In this document: positions 1 through 12,376 of the stretch, one piece after another | Layout: the number at the start of each line of letters is the position of its first letter | Position numbering within the stretch: position 1 is the first letter of the stretch | DNA from: Perkinsus chesapeaki ATCC PRA-425 | Lineage: Eukaryota > Protista > Perkinsozoa | Direction: 5' to 3' | DNA: 40,888 nt | Assembly (NCBI GenBank): GCA_013115145.1 | Contig: JAAPAO010000308.1 | Coordinates: 1-40,888 of the forward strand | Notes under the pieces: generated by a model | The model's database searches: none | What the model was told of the DNA's origin: nothing | What the model saw: the letters and a program-made list of their open reading frames with translations, nothing else | Translations under genes and position numbers: made by a program

Positions 1-639
1 AGGCCTCAAAGGACAAGTATCTGGTTTATTGCTTTGCGCGTTTGAGTTGGTTACAGTTCTACGGAACAGCAGTAGGTTTCGGAAGTAGCCGCGCGGATCA
101 CGCCTTCTGAAATGAATAGAAACCGCGTCCTCTTTGCCTCACTGCTGGAGCACGAAGGCATGGTGCGACCGCTGAGACTGTTGCACTGTTCGCTCTACGC
201 GGGGTCGTGCAGAATTGTTGGATTGTCGTACTGCTAATTGCTGATCGACTCATCTTGTTGAATCCTTTGTGGATGAATTGTTGTCTATTTCGATACGATA
301 CGGTGCACTTTTGATAGTAATTGAAGCACTTCTCCGAGACTAACCAAACGCCTGGCCATCCATTTGAAAGTTAAGTCGCTTGAAAATCACCTATTATTAA
401 ATATATGGCGTGGTAATTGTCGAAGGTTATTATTCCTAAAATATTCTTGAAACGGGCAAGTAAGGAGGAGGCTTGGTCATTATGGTGTGGAAGGCTGAAT
501 GCCTGGAAAATTGTCGGAGGGTTTCCAGAGCTGCGTCTACCTTCAGGCGATAATCTGAAACCCTCGAGAGGACGGCAGTGTGCCCATCACTGAGTCGATC
601 ACAGCTTTGATGTTTGATTGTCTTGTAGCTAATAAAAAG

Positions 640-3007
640 CTAGTCAACGACAGTCCAAATGACACTTACAAAAGCTCCAAGATGTTCATAAAGCGCTTCG
701 ACTTCTCTCTCAAATACTTTTACTGCGACGTTACGTTTCAGCTTGAATGACGGCGTGAGAATGTCATTGTCAACAGAGAACGGTTCGGGAGTCAAGTGAA
801 CAGCACGGACCTATCAGAGGCTTCGTTTCATTAAAGAGGGCAACACGCTGTACCCATTCAAAAGTCCTCAAGCCTGAGTTCTTTGACACTTCGCGAAGGC
901 TCTTCAAGATTAGCGCCTTGACGAAGTCACTTCGGCAAATGTCGTCTGGGGACCTAAAAATAGCAGTCCAGAATGTCAGCGGCCTAAAGTCAGCTTTCAC
1001 GGAGAAGCTCCTTACTTGAGACGGTCTCGTTCTCCAAGCTTTTTCTGAAGGTTCTCGAAATCAGGCACGATAACAGCTACAAGAAACGATCTCAAAGGGT
1101 TCCCATATACAAACGCTTGACCAACGTATGGTGAGAGTATTAGAACGTTCTCGATCCTCTCTGGGGCAATGTATTCTGACAGGCCATTTGAAAAGGGTAA
1201 GGGCATATTTATGTTGCTTACCTCCTTGACTTAGTTTGAATATACTCTTTTTCCTATCAATAATCTTCAATTGTCCACCTTTCAACCAAATACCAATATC
1301 ACCACTATGAACCCAACCATCGGAATCGATAGTATCTTTGGTTTTATCTGCCATCTTGTAGTATCTAGAAATGACATAACTTATACCTGGTTGAGGGTAA
1401 CTAAAAGATACCCGAGAAAAGCAGATGGTCCGCGAAGATATATTTCTCCTCGACCGCGACACTCCAACTTAGCCAACCCCGAACCTGACAAAAGTTTCCC
1501 CTGACAGCAAGCTGCCATTTTACCATGTTCAGTATCCGACATAAGATACCCCATCTCAGGGACATCAGCAAGTTTTACCTCTATGCAACTGGCCGGTCCG
1601 CCGATGTGTCCCGATGTGAAATCAAGGGGATGAGTGTAGGTGGCGACACCAGAGCACTCAGTCGCGCCGTAGCCCTCTATCACTGGGCAAGCAAAGAAAA
1701 CCCTCAGGAAATCGAGCACGTGCGTGGCGATGGGTGCAGAGCCGGTGAATACCAGCTGAACTTTCTGGAGACCGAGTGCGACCTTGACATCTTCAAACAC
1801 TTCTTTGTCCCACTTAGGGTGCTTCAACTCGTGCCGCTTCAGCCCCGCGAGCTTTTCTACGACAGCTTTGTTGAATAGCTCGTTCGAGCTGTTGGCTGCC
1901 ACTATTTTCTCGTAAAGTCTGTTGAGAAGGCGAGGCACAGATATGAATATCGTAGGTTTGAGAGCGGCTATATCATCCATTAACTTCAAAGCATCTCCTT
2001 GATAGAAGCCGATTCTCACACCGAGGTAGTACATAGCAATTTCGACCACTCTACCAAATACGTGGGGCAGTGGTAAGTAGTTGAGATAGTATTGCTCTCC
2101 ATCTCGAACATCGCAAGCGGGATAGGGAGATGTAAAGGACTCAACAAAGGAGGCTGCATTGGCAATCACGTTACCTTGGCTTAAAAGAGCGCCTTTAGGC
2201 TCGCCAGTGGTGCCGCTCGTGTAGCAGAATGTAGCGATATCTGTGGACTTACCGACAAGAGGTGGGTAAGCGACCTTCGCTCCGGCGAGCTCAATCTCGT
2301 CGAAGCTGAATAGCTTGATGTCGACAGAGTTGCAGGCCTCCCTGGCTCCTGCTGGTAGAGGGTCTACAGAGATTATTGCACGTAAACTCGGGCATCTGCC
2401 TTTAACGTCTACAAGCTTTGCTATCTGTGGTGAAGAGCAAACTACTGTAGTAAGCATAGTCTGATTGATTATATAGTGGACTACATCTTCCCCAAGAGTA
2501 TCATATAATGGTACTGTTGTTGCCCTTCTAGTAAATGCACCTTGTTCGGCAATAACCCATTCAGATCTATTTTTCATATATAAACCAATTAATCTCATTG
2601 AACCATCATCAGATAATAGATTTAATTCTTCAATACCTCTACCAAAATTAACTATTCTATTATAAACATCTTTATATGTTTGCCATTCAAAAGGTCCAAC
2701 ACCATCATCTAATAATGGACGTGTACCATGACAGGGGCGATCAGGGTATCTCTCCGCCGCCTGAGCGATATATTGACCAATATCACCACACTGAACTCAC
2801 CCTCTTGAGGACATCGAAGCTTGTAACCAAAGAATTATCATCATCAATGAATCCTTGTAAGCTATACTTGAAGCGTGGGTGACGATATATTGGCCCGCTG
2901 ACGCCAGGAATCTTTGAATCAGGCATCTAACATTGAGTGGGAACGGCAAAACCCCTTCAGGTTCCCACCTCGTATACTCGTCCGTTCCGCGAGTTGTTGT
3001 CAGCCAT
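640..3007 (-). CDS. Long-chain fatty acyl-CoA synthetase (AMP-binding family), multi-exon
   Basis: The translation contains the AMP-binding motif YTSGTTGEPKG, plus EGYGATE, GWVHSGDIG, IIDRKKSIFKLSQGEYIAPERIE and C-terminal ILTPSFKLKR. ATG at 3007. GT-AG introns of ~40 nt can be placed by eye; a 39-nt in-frame intron probably lies at ~1485-1523. The stop at 640 is uncertain because a last intron is possible. Confidence 0.93.
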
Positions 3008-3861
3008 TGGAAAGCGCAACTGTGACAGTGTCACCGTCATTCAAGACATGATACTTTCCCTACAAGTCAGTCTACTACAGGGCACATACGCTACTGAAGG
3101 CCGATCGCTAGTCTGGACAGAGATGCGAAACCTGAGGTTTACCTGGTAAGCTTTACCATTAAGATGTAATTCGCGGGGGGGTGACGTGTGCGCGAGCACG
3201 CATGCACATCAGGGCTCACACAGAACACTACATATAGGGGATGTGAATACACTACTGTATCCAATATTGGGAATCAAGTTGTACCCACACAGTTCAGGGC
3301 ATTTGGCTCTCTTGTCAAACAAAGCGGCAGGGAGGGAATCGCCCCGGGCAATCACTATTTCAAAGGTTAACTGCGCGTCGTACGGTGCATGCGTTCGATG
3401 TAGCCGCATGATGTAGCCTACATCGCCCAAATGTGTGCTTGTAGAGAGAGTTTTACATCTATATTGTGATACCTATTATATGTTCCCCCAGATCAAAGCA
3501 TAATCGTAGCCGAGAGGCTCTACTCCTATCACAATCCACTCGCTCAAGTAAAGGCTTGTGTATAAGCACTGGTTAATTTCTGCCATTGGCTTCTCTTCTG
3601 TGAATCAAGCTCCCCTTCAACCTTACTTCTGCGAAGATGAAGCTATTTGGGAGGCGGGTCACCTTACAGGTAATAACAAGCTACTTGATAGTATCAGGTA
3701 CCCAACTTAATACGGAAGGAATGTAGCTATGAATAAGTCTAATTGAATACAATATTCATAAAGAGTACAAGTCGATACGAGATCAGGAATTATTCCTGAA
3801 CTCGCTTCTGGGAGTGAACTTCACTCTCTTTGTTGAACAGCGGGCGAATTTCGTCGAAACT

Positions 3862-3883
3862 GTTAAACGGTTTAACTTAAACT
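3862..3883. repeat. 22-bp direct-inverted-direct scar, inferred 8-mer GTTAAACC (1 mismatch)
   Basis: gttaaac-g-gtttaa-c-ttaaac(t); the last base is T instead of C. Confidence 0.75.
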
Positions 3884-3949
3884 ACCATTGTCTATAACCA
3901 ATCCTGGCATAAGAACCCAGGAGGTGCGTTCAATTTCGCGCGCTTAGGG

Positions 3950-4940
3950 AAATTCGTATTTCGGGTAACTGGTCCGATATCCATTGGAGTGACACAAGGC
4001 AGATACTAGATATCACATGGGAAACCTTCAGCCCGCACGCCAAAGTGCGTAGATTCTCAAACACAGTCGTACATGTGAACTCCAGAGAGGAGAGTGAGCA
4101 ACAGAAACTGATGCGCGAGGGCGAGCGAACACCTCCTGAGGTGGACCAGTCGCACTGTGTGTAAACACACGTAGCAAGCCAATTTCATCTCTTGACATAC
4201 TTACAGCCTCTTGATTCTAATCTCGGCGGCAAGCTAGCAGTAGCGTGCTTCCAGCACGCCAGCCCTGGTAACGGTCGGTTCTATACTACCTGGCAAAAGA
4301 ACATACTAACAGTTATTGTCGAACTTGAGAATCCCATGGCGAGAGTTGAAATTCTAACGGAGAAGCAGCTCTTTCCGTTTCAAGGGCGTGCGCTCATATT
4401 TGACCGGAAAAAATTTCCAAGGCGAAGCTGACATTCCAAAGTGCGAACTTGATGTACAAAAGGAGTAGATATGAAGTACAAGGCGATTCATGACGAACTG
4501 ATAAACGAAAAATATGAAATTATATTCTTGTAAATAGTAAACCTTGCTCCGCATCCCAATCAGGAAATCCGAATGTCTTCCTATCAATTGGTATGTCATT
4601 TAGTGACATAGTGACATGGATTTAGTGACAGGGTCTGGACAAGCCATATCATAACTGGTGCAGCCGCGACTTAAAAGGTATCATACACCGGCCCACTAAG
4701 CTGAAGTCCCGGTTATGGTGAGTTCTACCATAACCTCAATGTCATGAGTACAGCCATTGCCAACGGTATCGACATGTAGATTATCGTTGGTGGATGGATG
4801 TGGCAAAGAAGCAACGTTATCCGCTTGGCCGCGCGGGAGACACGCCCAATATTTTTTATCATGTCGCTCGCCACGAGCATTTTCCAAGGAGATGCTTATC
4901 GAGCGCCTTGACCTGTTCCAGGACGCTTTAATGCTTAGCC
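3950..4940 (+). pseudogene. Possible decayed non-LTR retrotransposon ORF1/gag-like relic
   Basis: Broken protein-like frames (EIRISGNWSD..., LTVIVELENPMARVEILTEKQLFPFQGRALIFDR) precede a degenerate CX2CX4HX4C-like knuckle YSHCQRYRHVDYRW at ~4747-4790. There are many stops and frameshifts; the family call is inference. Confidence 0.25.
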
Positions 4941-5432
4941 CCAGGTTTCGCGTGTTCCGCTTATTTCATCAGTTCGTTCAAGAGACTGGAAACCTAAAGC
5001 TGGTTATTGTACTGGTGTTTGCAAAGTTTACTTAACGATCCGCGTATCACCTAAAATTGGGGAGGCTTCTCTTGTAGGTGTGCAACTGTTGCTCCACGCA
5101 TCTCGCTAAATGAAAGACAATTCATGTTACAAAGTCGCTCTAGGTTGCTAATATTAGCCCTTAATGAGGTTAGTCGACTTGCACTGTTACGCACTTCTCT
5201 GCGCGTTGTTGACCAGTATGGCCTCGGGCGCCGCCCTAAGAACTGACTCAAGATGGGATGGCTGGAAGATATGCCAATCTCCGATAGTATCGGGGTAGAG
5301 TCACTAGCAGCAGAGTGTGATTGCGTAACCCTGGTCGAGATAAAATTTAATTCGAACTTGAAAGTCTAATGCGGAGATATCAGAATATGAGACGCTTGGG
5401 ATTGAACAGGTACATTATCCGATTATCCATGG

Positions 5433-5454
5433 TGCATATAATATGCAGCATATT
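5433..5454. repeat. 22-bp scar, inferred 8-mer TGCATATT (perfect)
   Basis: tgcatat-a-atatgc-a-gcatatt. Confidence 0.9.
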
Positions 5455-5609
5455 ATATCGTCCTTTTGGTGGGCATTTGTACCACTCGCTAGCTATCAAC
5501 CAATCTTAGAAAAGTTGCCAAATTCGTCTATTCTCCCAACAATGGGTTAAACAAATGGCTAATCCCAGTCATAACACCAACGTATCTTCTCCCATATTTC
5601 TGTGTTCAG

Positions 5610-6104
5610 ATGGTCATGTTTCAGGTGAGAAAGGGCACAACCAATACATCGTGCCGATTGGACCCTGGTGAGACATCTGACCATTTTTATGTTTCAAGAG
5701 ATAAATCAGTAGAAAATGGTGACTGGTACACGTTTGTGCTTTGGACAAGCAGAAGCGAGTACATCGCGATCTGGTAGTAGCTTCAATTAAATCACATGTT
5801 ATTTTACCATGGCAATCTTAGGTTATATGACAACGGTACGATGGAACTTTCTGTTAAGATGCAGCATGAAAGGACTCAAGGGCTTACCAGTGCCATTTAT
5901 AAACACTTCTCAGACAAGATTCCATTCAATTTGAAGATGATGAAGGGACTGACTAACACACTTACGAGATCCGATCTAAAATGTGATGAAGTCCTCGATG
6001 TGCTGATGGTCGGAAAAACTGACCCATTTTGGGTTACAAAATTCCTGAGTGACAATAAAGATGCCATTATTGAGAAGTTTGAAGAATGGAGGAATATGAG
6101 CTAG
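5610..6104 (+). CDS. Hypothetical lineage-specific protein, two exons visible; the 5' end may extend further
   Basis: Exon 5610-5773 and a 48-nt GT-AG intron at 5774-5821 splice in frame into the listed ORF (EYIAIW|LYDNGTMEL). The C-terminus resembles the ORF at 21201-21521. Confidence 0.5.
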
Positions 6105-6771
6105 GTTGTCTTGACGACTATTTATGAGGACCAGAATTTATTTTCGTCATGAGCATGTTGTCGACCCTATGAATGTGTATGTTATGATGTTTGTGTTATC
6201 GGTCATGGTACTGAGTCACAAGTCCCTTCTAATGATTATATGAGCGTTTGTCTAGGATACGTTCGTGCTTTCATGAAAGCTACGCTGCCTCAAAATGATT
6301 GCCTCCTTAGCTTACTGGTCACTTCACGCAGTGAACAATAGGCTGACAACTACAGCGTATCGTGATACTCAATTCTTCATGGATATATATCTGATACGTG
6401 AAATTACTATTCTGTTGAGCATCATTCATGTTGCGTGACTCCTAGATAGCAACCCTCATCTGTATTGTGAGTTTCGCATTATAAGCATACCATATTTCGG
6501 GACTGATAAGCCCCTTTTGAATGGAGGCATGCCCTGTTGAGGAAGGACTGGGGGTAACTCAGTTGAAAGGCTTTGTACAGAGTGGATCCAGCCCTCCTGG
6601 GGCACACCGGTTCACAAGTATCTTCACAATGGAATTAAAAATAAGAGAAGGGATGCTCACTATGACGATTTGGCATCATTCGAAGGGCAATAAGTTATCC
6701 ACAATACCATCCTTCGCTATTAACAAAACCTCCTTCATCTGTGATAAGTAATCCTAGAGTGTTATATTATA

Positions 6772-7745
6772 ATGTCCAGAGTAAACACCCGACAGGAATT
6801 ATATCCGACTAATGATGACCAAGTATTAAACACGATAGTAAAATACTGTAAATCACATGGCAAGACGTATCAAGACGGACCAACGTCAAACTCGAATGGG
6901 AACGATAGTAGAATTGATAAGGTTTTGGAAAAGTTAGATGCTCTGATGGACGGACGACAACCATCGGTCAGTGTTAGGGACCAGGATCTGAAAATAGTAG
7001 ACACAAACTTGGAAGAGTTGGGACGACTTGAAGGACATATAATACCCGAAATAATGAAAATGCAAAGGGGGATATTGACTGAGCTTCAGGAGAATAAACA
7101 AACTAAAGCAGGCCTGCAGTGGAGATTGCATGCATTGGAGGCACGTCTTAAGTCAAAGGACAATATAATCAGAGAACTGAGTGATAAAGTGAAGAGCTTG
7201 AGTGATGGAAGGGACTTGGCTATCATGAAAATGAGGAAGCAAGTGTTGGACTTGCAACATGAACTCGGAAAAACGGGGAACGACAAGGTAAAAAAAGAAC
7301 CTTCATCTTGCATCTGAATCATATGTTCTGAAATATACCGATTGAACATCTTCTTTTGCTTCTCAGACTTCATTCGTAGATGGCGACCACATAGAAGATT
7401 GTATCAAGACCCTAGACGAGTAAGTTAGGCGTCAGTAGGCGGCTATTGTCGTTCATGCAAGTCAACACAAAGAACGCTGATCATTCTTCATATGATTCTC
7501 ATATGAATCATGTTATGATATATCTGTGGTTCGAACGACTGAGTTAAGTATTATGCTCGAAGCATGCGATCGAGCATCGCAACCCCCAGCCGATTGTAGT
7601 ATGTCGTGCTGTCTCAAGGCTGATGGATCTCGCATCGGTACCTGCGGCCGAGATGACAGATGCTAGACTTGAACGTATCCGTGAAAGAAGCAAGGAGTTG
7701 AAGAAGGAACTGAAGTCTCTTTACCCGACACTAGTGAGCCCTTAA
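6772..7745 (+). CDS. Hypothetical coiled-coil protein, three exons
   Basis: The 181-aa ORF has heptad-like helical sequence. GT-AG splicing after NDK continues in frame (TSFVDGDHIEDCIKTLD|ELMDLASVP...KSLYPTLVSP*). Confidence 0.55.
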
Positions 7746-7813
7746 GCATCGTTTTCATCAGGTCACCCGTCTCATAAGCGCCAACATCTCCATAAATGCG
7801 CATGTCTCATTTA

Positions 7814-7835
7814 TGTTCATCATGAACGGTTCATG
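7814..7835. repeat. 22-bp scar, inferred 8-mer CGTTCATG (1 mismatch, C>T at a CpG)
   Basis: (t)gttcat-c-atgaac-g-gttcatg. Confidence 0.75.
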
Positions 7836-10702
7836 TCGATTGAGCGTTGCGTCTAGTCAAGCTAATGAGCCCCACTCATTTACGGTTCCAAAGCTGACGG
7901 GAACCTGGGAATGCGCATTCATGGAATACGTTCGAGGGGACAACACAACAAAGAAACGGCCATTGGCAGCAATCCACCGAGAAATAATTCTTAACACAAC
8001 GTAAAAAGTAGCGGGGCGGCTAGCAGGATATACCCTGCTAACCAGTATAGAAGTTGAATCATTTTTCACCGATCTACTAGGGGATAATAACAATAGGAAT
8101 ATTATGCAGCGTGGTTTATTCACGCCAAAGGAGTCTCATTGCAAAAGAGAAAATCACTTGACCACACTCCCAATGGCACACAGATCAGTTGATTTGGCCT
8201 TCTGGGCTCGAGTAATCTGAATGTTACTCTAAGGTTCATCAAGGCAGTAAGCAAATACAACCTAAGGACACCAGCATGTGGGTGTGGGCCTCTCACGGCA
8301 CTGGCAAGTTTTCCGGCAGTCTGAACATACCAGACCAGCCAAACTCCTCAAATGTTGTGGAAGATTCTCAATACCAGTACTGGAAAGGAAGATGATGAAG
8401 CAGACGATGGAGCTGGTATACTTGAGCATTATTAGAAGACAGCTAAAATAACAAAACGTCTTGGTTAAGGGTTGCCGTTGAGAAGAGGGGCTTTCTATCC
8501 AAGCACAGTAATAGAATACAGAGTAAGCAAAGATCAAGAGTCAGGTGGCCTGGTCAGGTACAAGACTGTCGCGACGACATATGAATTGTCTCTCCCCAAG
8601 TTTGCCGTAGATTATCTATTAACTGGGATACTACCTATTCTACACCACCTAATTTCCACGGTAGGGATCCTATCCTCACCTCCATATCAAGAGAAGAGAA
8701 AGGTGTACCCAGATGCCTCTATAGAGCTGCGCTCGTCGCCTTAGGTATCCAGACTATCGTGTCACCATCGGTGACTCACCTAGCCCCGGTCTTGCGCCTC
8801 TTCAAACATGCTTTGTTGAAAAAATTCATTTGAGAAAGATAATTAATCTCGGAAGAATCATGATTGATGAATTGGTGAACCACCTGATTGAAACACGTCA
8901 CTTATTGAGGAAGGATATTGCGTTTTCGACGATTTAATGGTTTTCAATGACTTATGTAATTTGCCCTACGATCCAGGTGAAGTCTTGTCACGTCACACTG
9001 GCTACTGAACAAGGCAACCTTCCGTTCGACAGAGGAACTCCTAAGCGTTGCCTATTCAATGGGCCCTATTGTGCATTCCTGGCCCTAGAGTAGGCAAGGA
9101 AAAGAGTGAAGGATACGTATTTGATTCAATTCTCCATGATTATCGGGGCTTGAGAGTGGCATAGCCTTGTAGAATCTCCTTTGGTTCGAGTTTCGTCATC
9201 AGATGCGCATGTTACTAAGGCCGGCTTAGTAAGGCTGCTCCAAGAAGTTCTTGGTCTCCTATCTCCTATGGTCATGTTAAGAATAGAGCTTGTAGAGTGC
9301 AAGTAAATCCGTTTGACATGAATGCATTTCCACGGAAGCGCAAGGTGTAATCCCGAGTAATTCTCTCTCTGGCGCATCACATGATAACGGTCGCGGACCG
9401 AAGCTTCGTATTTTGTAGCAAGCAAGATATATACAGTTTAAGGCATTATCATTCCCTCTTGGGGATAATATGGGTCACCCCATCGTACTCTTCATCATGT
9501 CGATTTAAAATTATTCGGAGGACTATGTATCCTCGACAGTTAATCTCCTCCACCTGAATTCCAGGCACGGGTTACATTCCAGTTATATTCTTTCAGTCCC
9601 CTGAACACTCTCCACCACTAGTGCCCAGAATGGTGGTAGCAGCTCCCTTGGATGTACCCTTGATAGACTTCTTACAATGTTTGGTACTTAATAAGCACCT
9701 AACAACTTTTGCGAAATGGTTATACGCGATCGTAATAACCGCAATAACGGTTATGGATATTAGGTCACCCTTTTTTCTCAGTCTGTCGCTCTTGTGATAC
9801 ATTTAGTGGGGATTGTTTGCTCGTTGCCAGCAGCTTGCCGATTATCAGCTTTCATGGCGTAACTCGAGATTAATATGCAAAGCTCTCGGTCATTTGCCTT
9901 CCCGGTCAGCGAGGACATTGCTGTGCGGGAGGGGCCGTCGAAGTTTGTGGAAAGGCTTTCAACTTTGTTGATAGCCTACTTCTCAACGGTTGTGAGAATT
10001 CCCCAACTCATTTCCTCAAAGCCACGTTGAAACCTTTGGAGTGAGGTGGGTTAGCGACGTTCCCTGCCTTCATCGCCTCGTTGGTGACGCCTGCTCCCTC
10101 CCATTGACCGTTGGGACTTCGTACGGCACTCGACGGGAGCGATCGATGAGCAGCAAAGCAGCTGGCAGGTGTGAGCCAGCACTGCCAGGTGCAGCAGACT
10201 GAAGAAATCTATACTAGCTCATACACCGCCTAGCGGATTTCGCCTCGTAACGATGCGACTATCTCTGGGAAATGAATCGAGACAAAACCGATCAAGCTTC
10301 TCTGCGCACGAAGAAGGGGGATCTCTTCGCAGGGCTGTCCCTATCGCGCAAACTTCGTGTAGATCGCACAAGAAATTATTTTAGTTACTTTAACATTGTT
10401 CGCTGAAAGACCTTCTATGAATAGAAGAGCTACGTGCTCTCATTCTCTTGCTGCCATTGAGGGTTACCCTTCCGAGTAATTTCTAGTGAGGACCTCATAT
10501 TTCCGAAGTCCTTGTGCGCAAAGTTGTTTCCAGCAGGAAAAAGCTGCGTAGCGGCAACACACCGCGGGCACTCAGACAACACACACCACGCTACTGACTG
10601 AAACTCTCGAGCCTTTTTTAACATGGGAGATGAAAGTCGTAGCCTTCTTTAACTCATCCAGGGAAGGTTATTCATTCAGTTATTTGGCGATTATCTGTTA
10701 AA

Positions 10703-11158
10703 ATGCACCGCTTCTGCTGGTTATCAATCGCAGCAGGTTCTTTGTTGAACTGGTCAGTTATAGCCCAGGAAGATGGCTCTCTAGGCGGATCCTACATCCA
10801 TTACTTCGATGAGGACCGTCTCTACTCTCTCCGTTACAGCTTTCTTCAACATGGTGGCATCGCAATAATCACTCTCAACTGTACCAATGAGGTTGACGCT
10901 TTCGGGCCAGATGATTTTCCTAATTCCCCGGGGCCTAGTCCGAAGCCTGGTGTACAAGTTTACAGTATTGGTTTCGATGACCCCAGATACAACGAGATGG
11001 TGAAATATGCTTTAACCTACTGTTGCAGATTTGGCTATACCCGCTATCATCCGGACGACTTCGAGTTTTTATACTACTATCGCCAGAAGCATAATATGAA
11101 AGTAACTTACAAAGGCGGGTTCCTACAGCTTGATGAGGAGCTTCCTCCTCTCAAGTGA
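10703..11158 (+). CDS. Small secreted hypothetical protein (151 aa, intronless)
   Basis: N-terminal hydrophobic signal-like segment (MHRFCWLSIAAGSLLNWSVIA), a clean ATG-TGA ORF and a Tyr-rich mature region. Confidence 0.65.
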   Translation: MHRFCWLSIAAGSLLNWSVIAQEDGSLGGSYIHYFDEDRLYSLRYSFLQHGGIAIITLNCTNEVDAFGPDDFPNSPGPSPKPGVQVYSIGFDDPRYNEMVKYALTYCCRFGYTRYHPDDFEFLYYYRQKHNMKVTYKGGFLQLDEELPPLK

Positions 11159-11471
11159 GGCATAGGCGTGCCCGACTGCAACAGGTTGATACTCGTCAAT
11201 CAGTGCTGATTCTTATTATAGACGCTTCGGCTCCGAGGCTTAGTAGCCGGGCGTCTGCCAATCGACACTGCTGCCTCTATTTCACTATACTGGTGGCATT
11301 ACGCTTTAACCATTTTCCCTCTAATCATTTTCTCTATTATTGTGTTACCAGTCCCCGTGTGGGGTTGCAACTAACAGCTTCGGTCGAACCACAAATGTTA
11401 TTAACAAATTGCTACTAGCAATATACTAGAGCGTTGAACCCGATGGCCAGTGGCACTGGCTCAGTCCATTA

Positions 11472-12376
11472 TCAGGCCTCCGAGTCCTGGCTACTGGCCC
11501 TGGACTGAGGGCCAGTATCATACACGGGAGAACCTCGTATAATGCGAGTCGGACACCATGGTAGCAGCTCACGGTGCACACCGAAACCTTCAACGATATC
11601 GGATCCAACCAACGCAATCAACCCGAGGTCTGCGATGATGATCGAGAATCTCAATTTGAGATGACCTTGCCACTGGCATTGCACTTTGTGAGCTGCTACC
11701 GCATCCTATATCATATCATCCAAGGGATTCTGGATCCGTTGAAACGCGATGTCGCACTTGTCAATATAAAAGTGAATTGGATTCCCTTTGAAACACGGAT
11801 TATTGAGAAGATATAAGTAATGAAGATATCACGTCGGAAAGGTGCATGCAAATCACCATAATATCCATCTCTGCATGAGCATCACGCACTGGCCTAGTAA
11901 GGCCGAAGTAGAACCTAGCCGCAGCTACGAGATCCTTCACCACGTTACCAGTGATATAAGGTAGAGTTAAAGCAACGAGCTGGTACGAATCGTTAATATC
12001 GGGTGGGGATACGAACGGTATCTGGAAGCCAAAGCGATTGCCAAGCACTATTTCACCAGTGACATGCCACTTGGCAACCACAGAAGACCAGGAAGCTAGC
12101 GCCCGGGCCAAAACCTGTGAAACCCTGGGAACCTTCGACGTCTGTGCCTTGTTGCTCCTATGTGACACATCGCGGTACTTACTGAGAGGCTTGAGGGGGA
12201 GTACTTGACACAGGTTACTTGTTCTGATGAGATAATCACCATTCTTTTCTCCACTAGTCTGCGAACGAATTGCTGCTTTAGTTATTGTAGAAAAATGGAG
12301 CTCTTTCGTTCTAATAGTCACAGCTTTTTTGCTTGCTTTATGCTCTAACTTTTTACCTCAGACTGGATACACCCAT
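11472..12376 (-). pseudogene. Hypothetical multi-exon gene or decayed gene of unknown function
   Basis: ATG at 12376 and a GT-AG intron lead into a 170-codon open frame. The downstream protein-like frame (GNPIHFYIDKCD...) contains an internal TAG. Confidence 0.3.

Noticed and set aside
517-565. 12-bp stem gagggtttc(c)aga/tctgaaaccctc just downstream of the synthetase
   Set aside because: A single bulged hairpin with no other support.
770-1878. Listed + strand ORFs and alternate-frame ORFs over the acyl-CoA synthetase
   Set aside because: They are antisense or exon-fragment by-products of the spliced gene.
9540-10100. Reverse-transcriptase-like words on the - strand (GVTNEAMKAG, LRKKGDL...YNHFAKVV)
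   Set aside because: The spacing is wrong, there are many stops, and I could see no downstream RT motifs.
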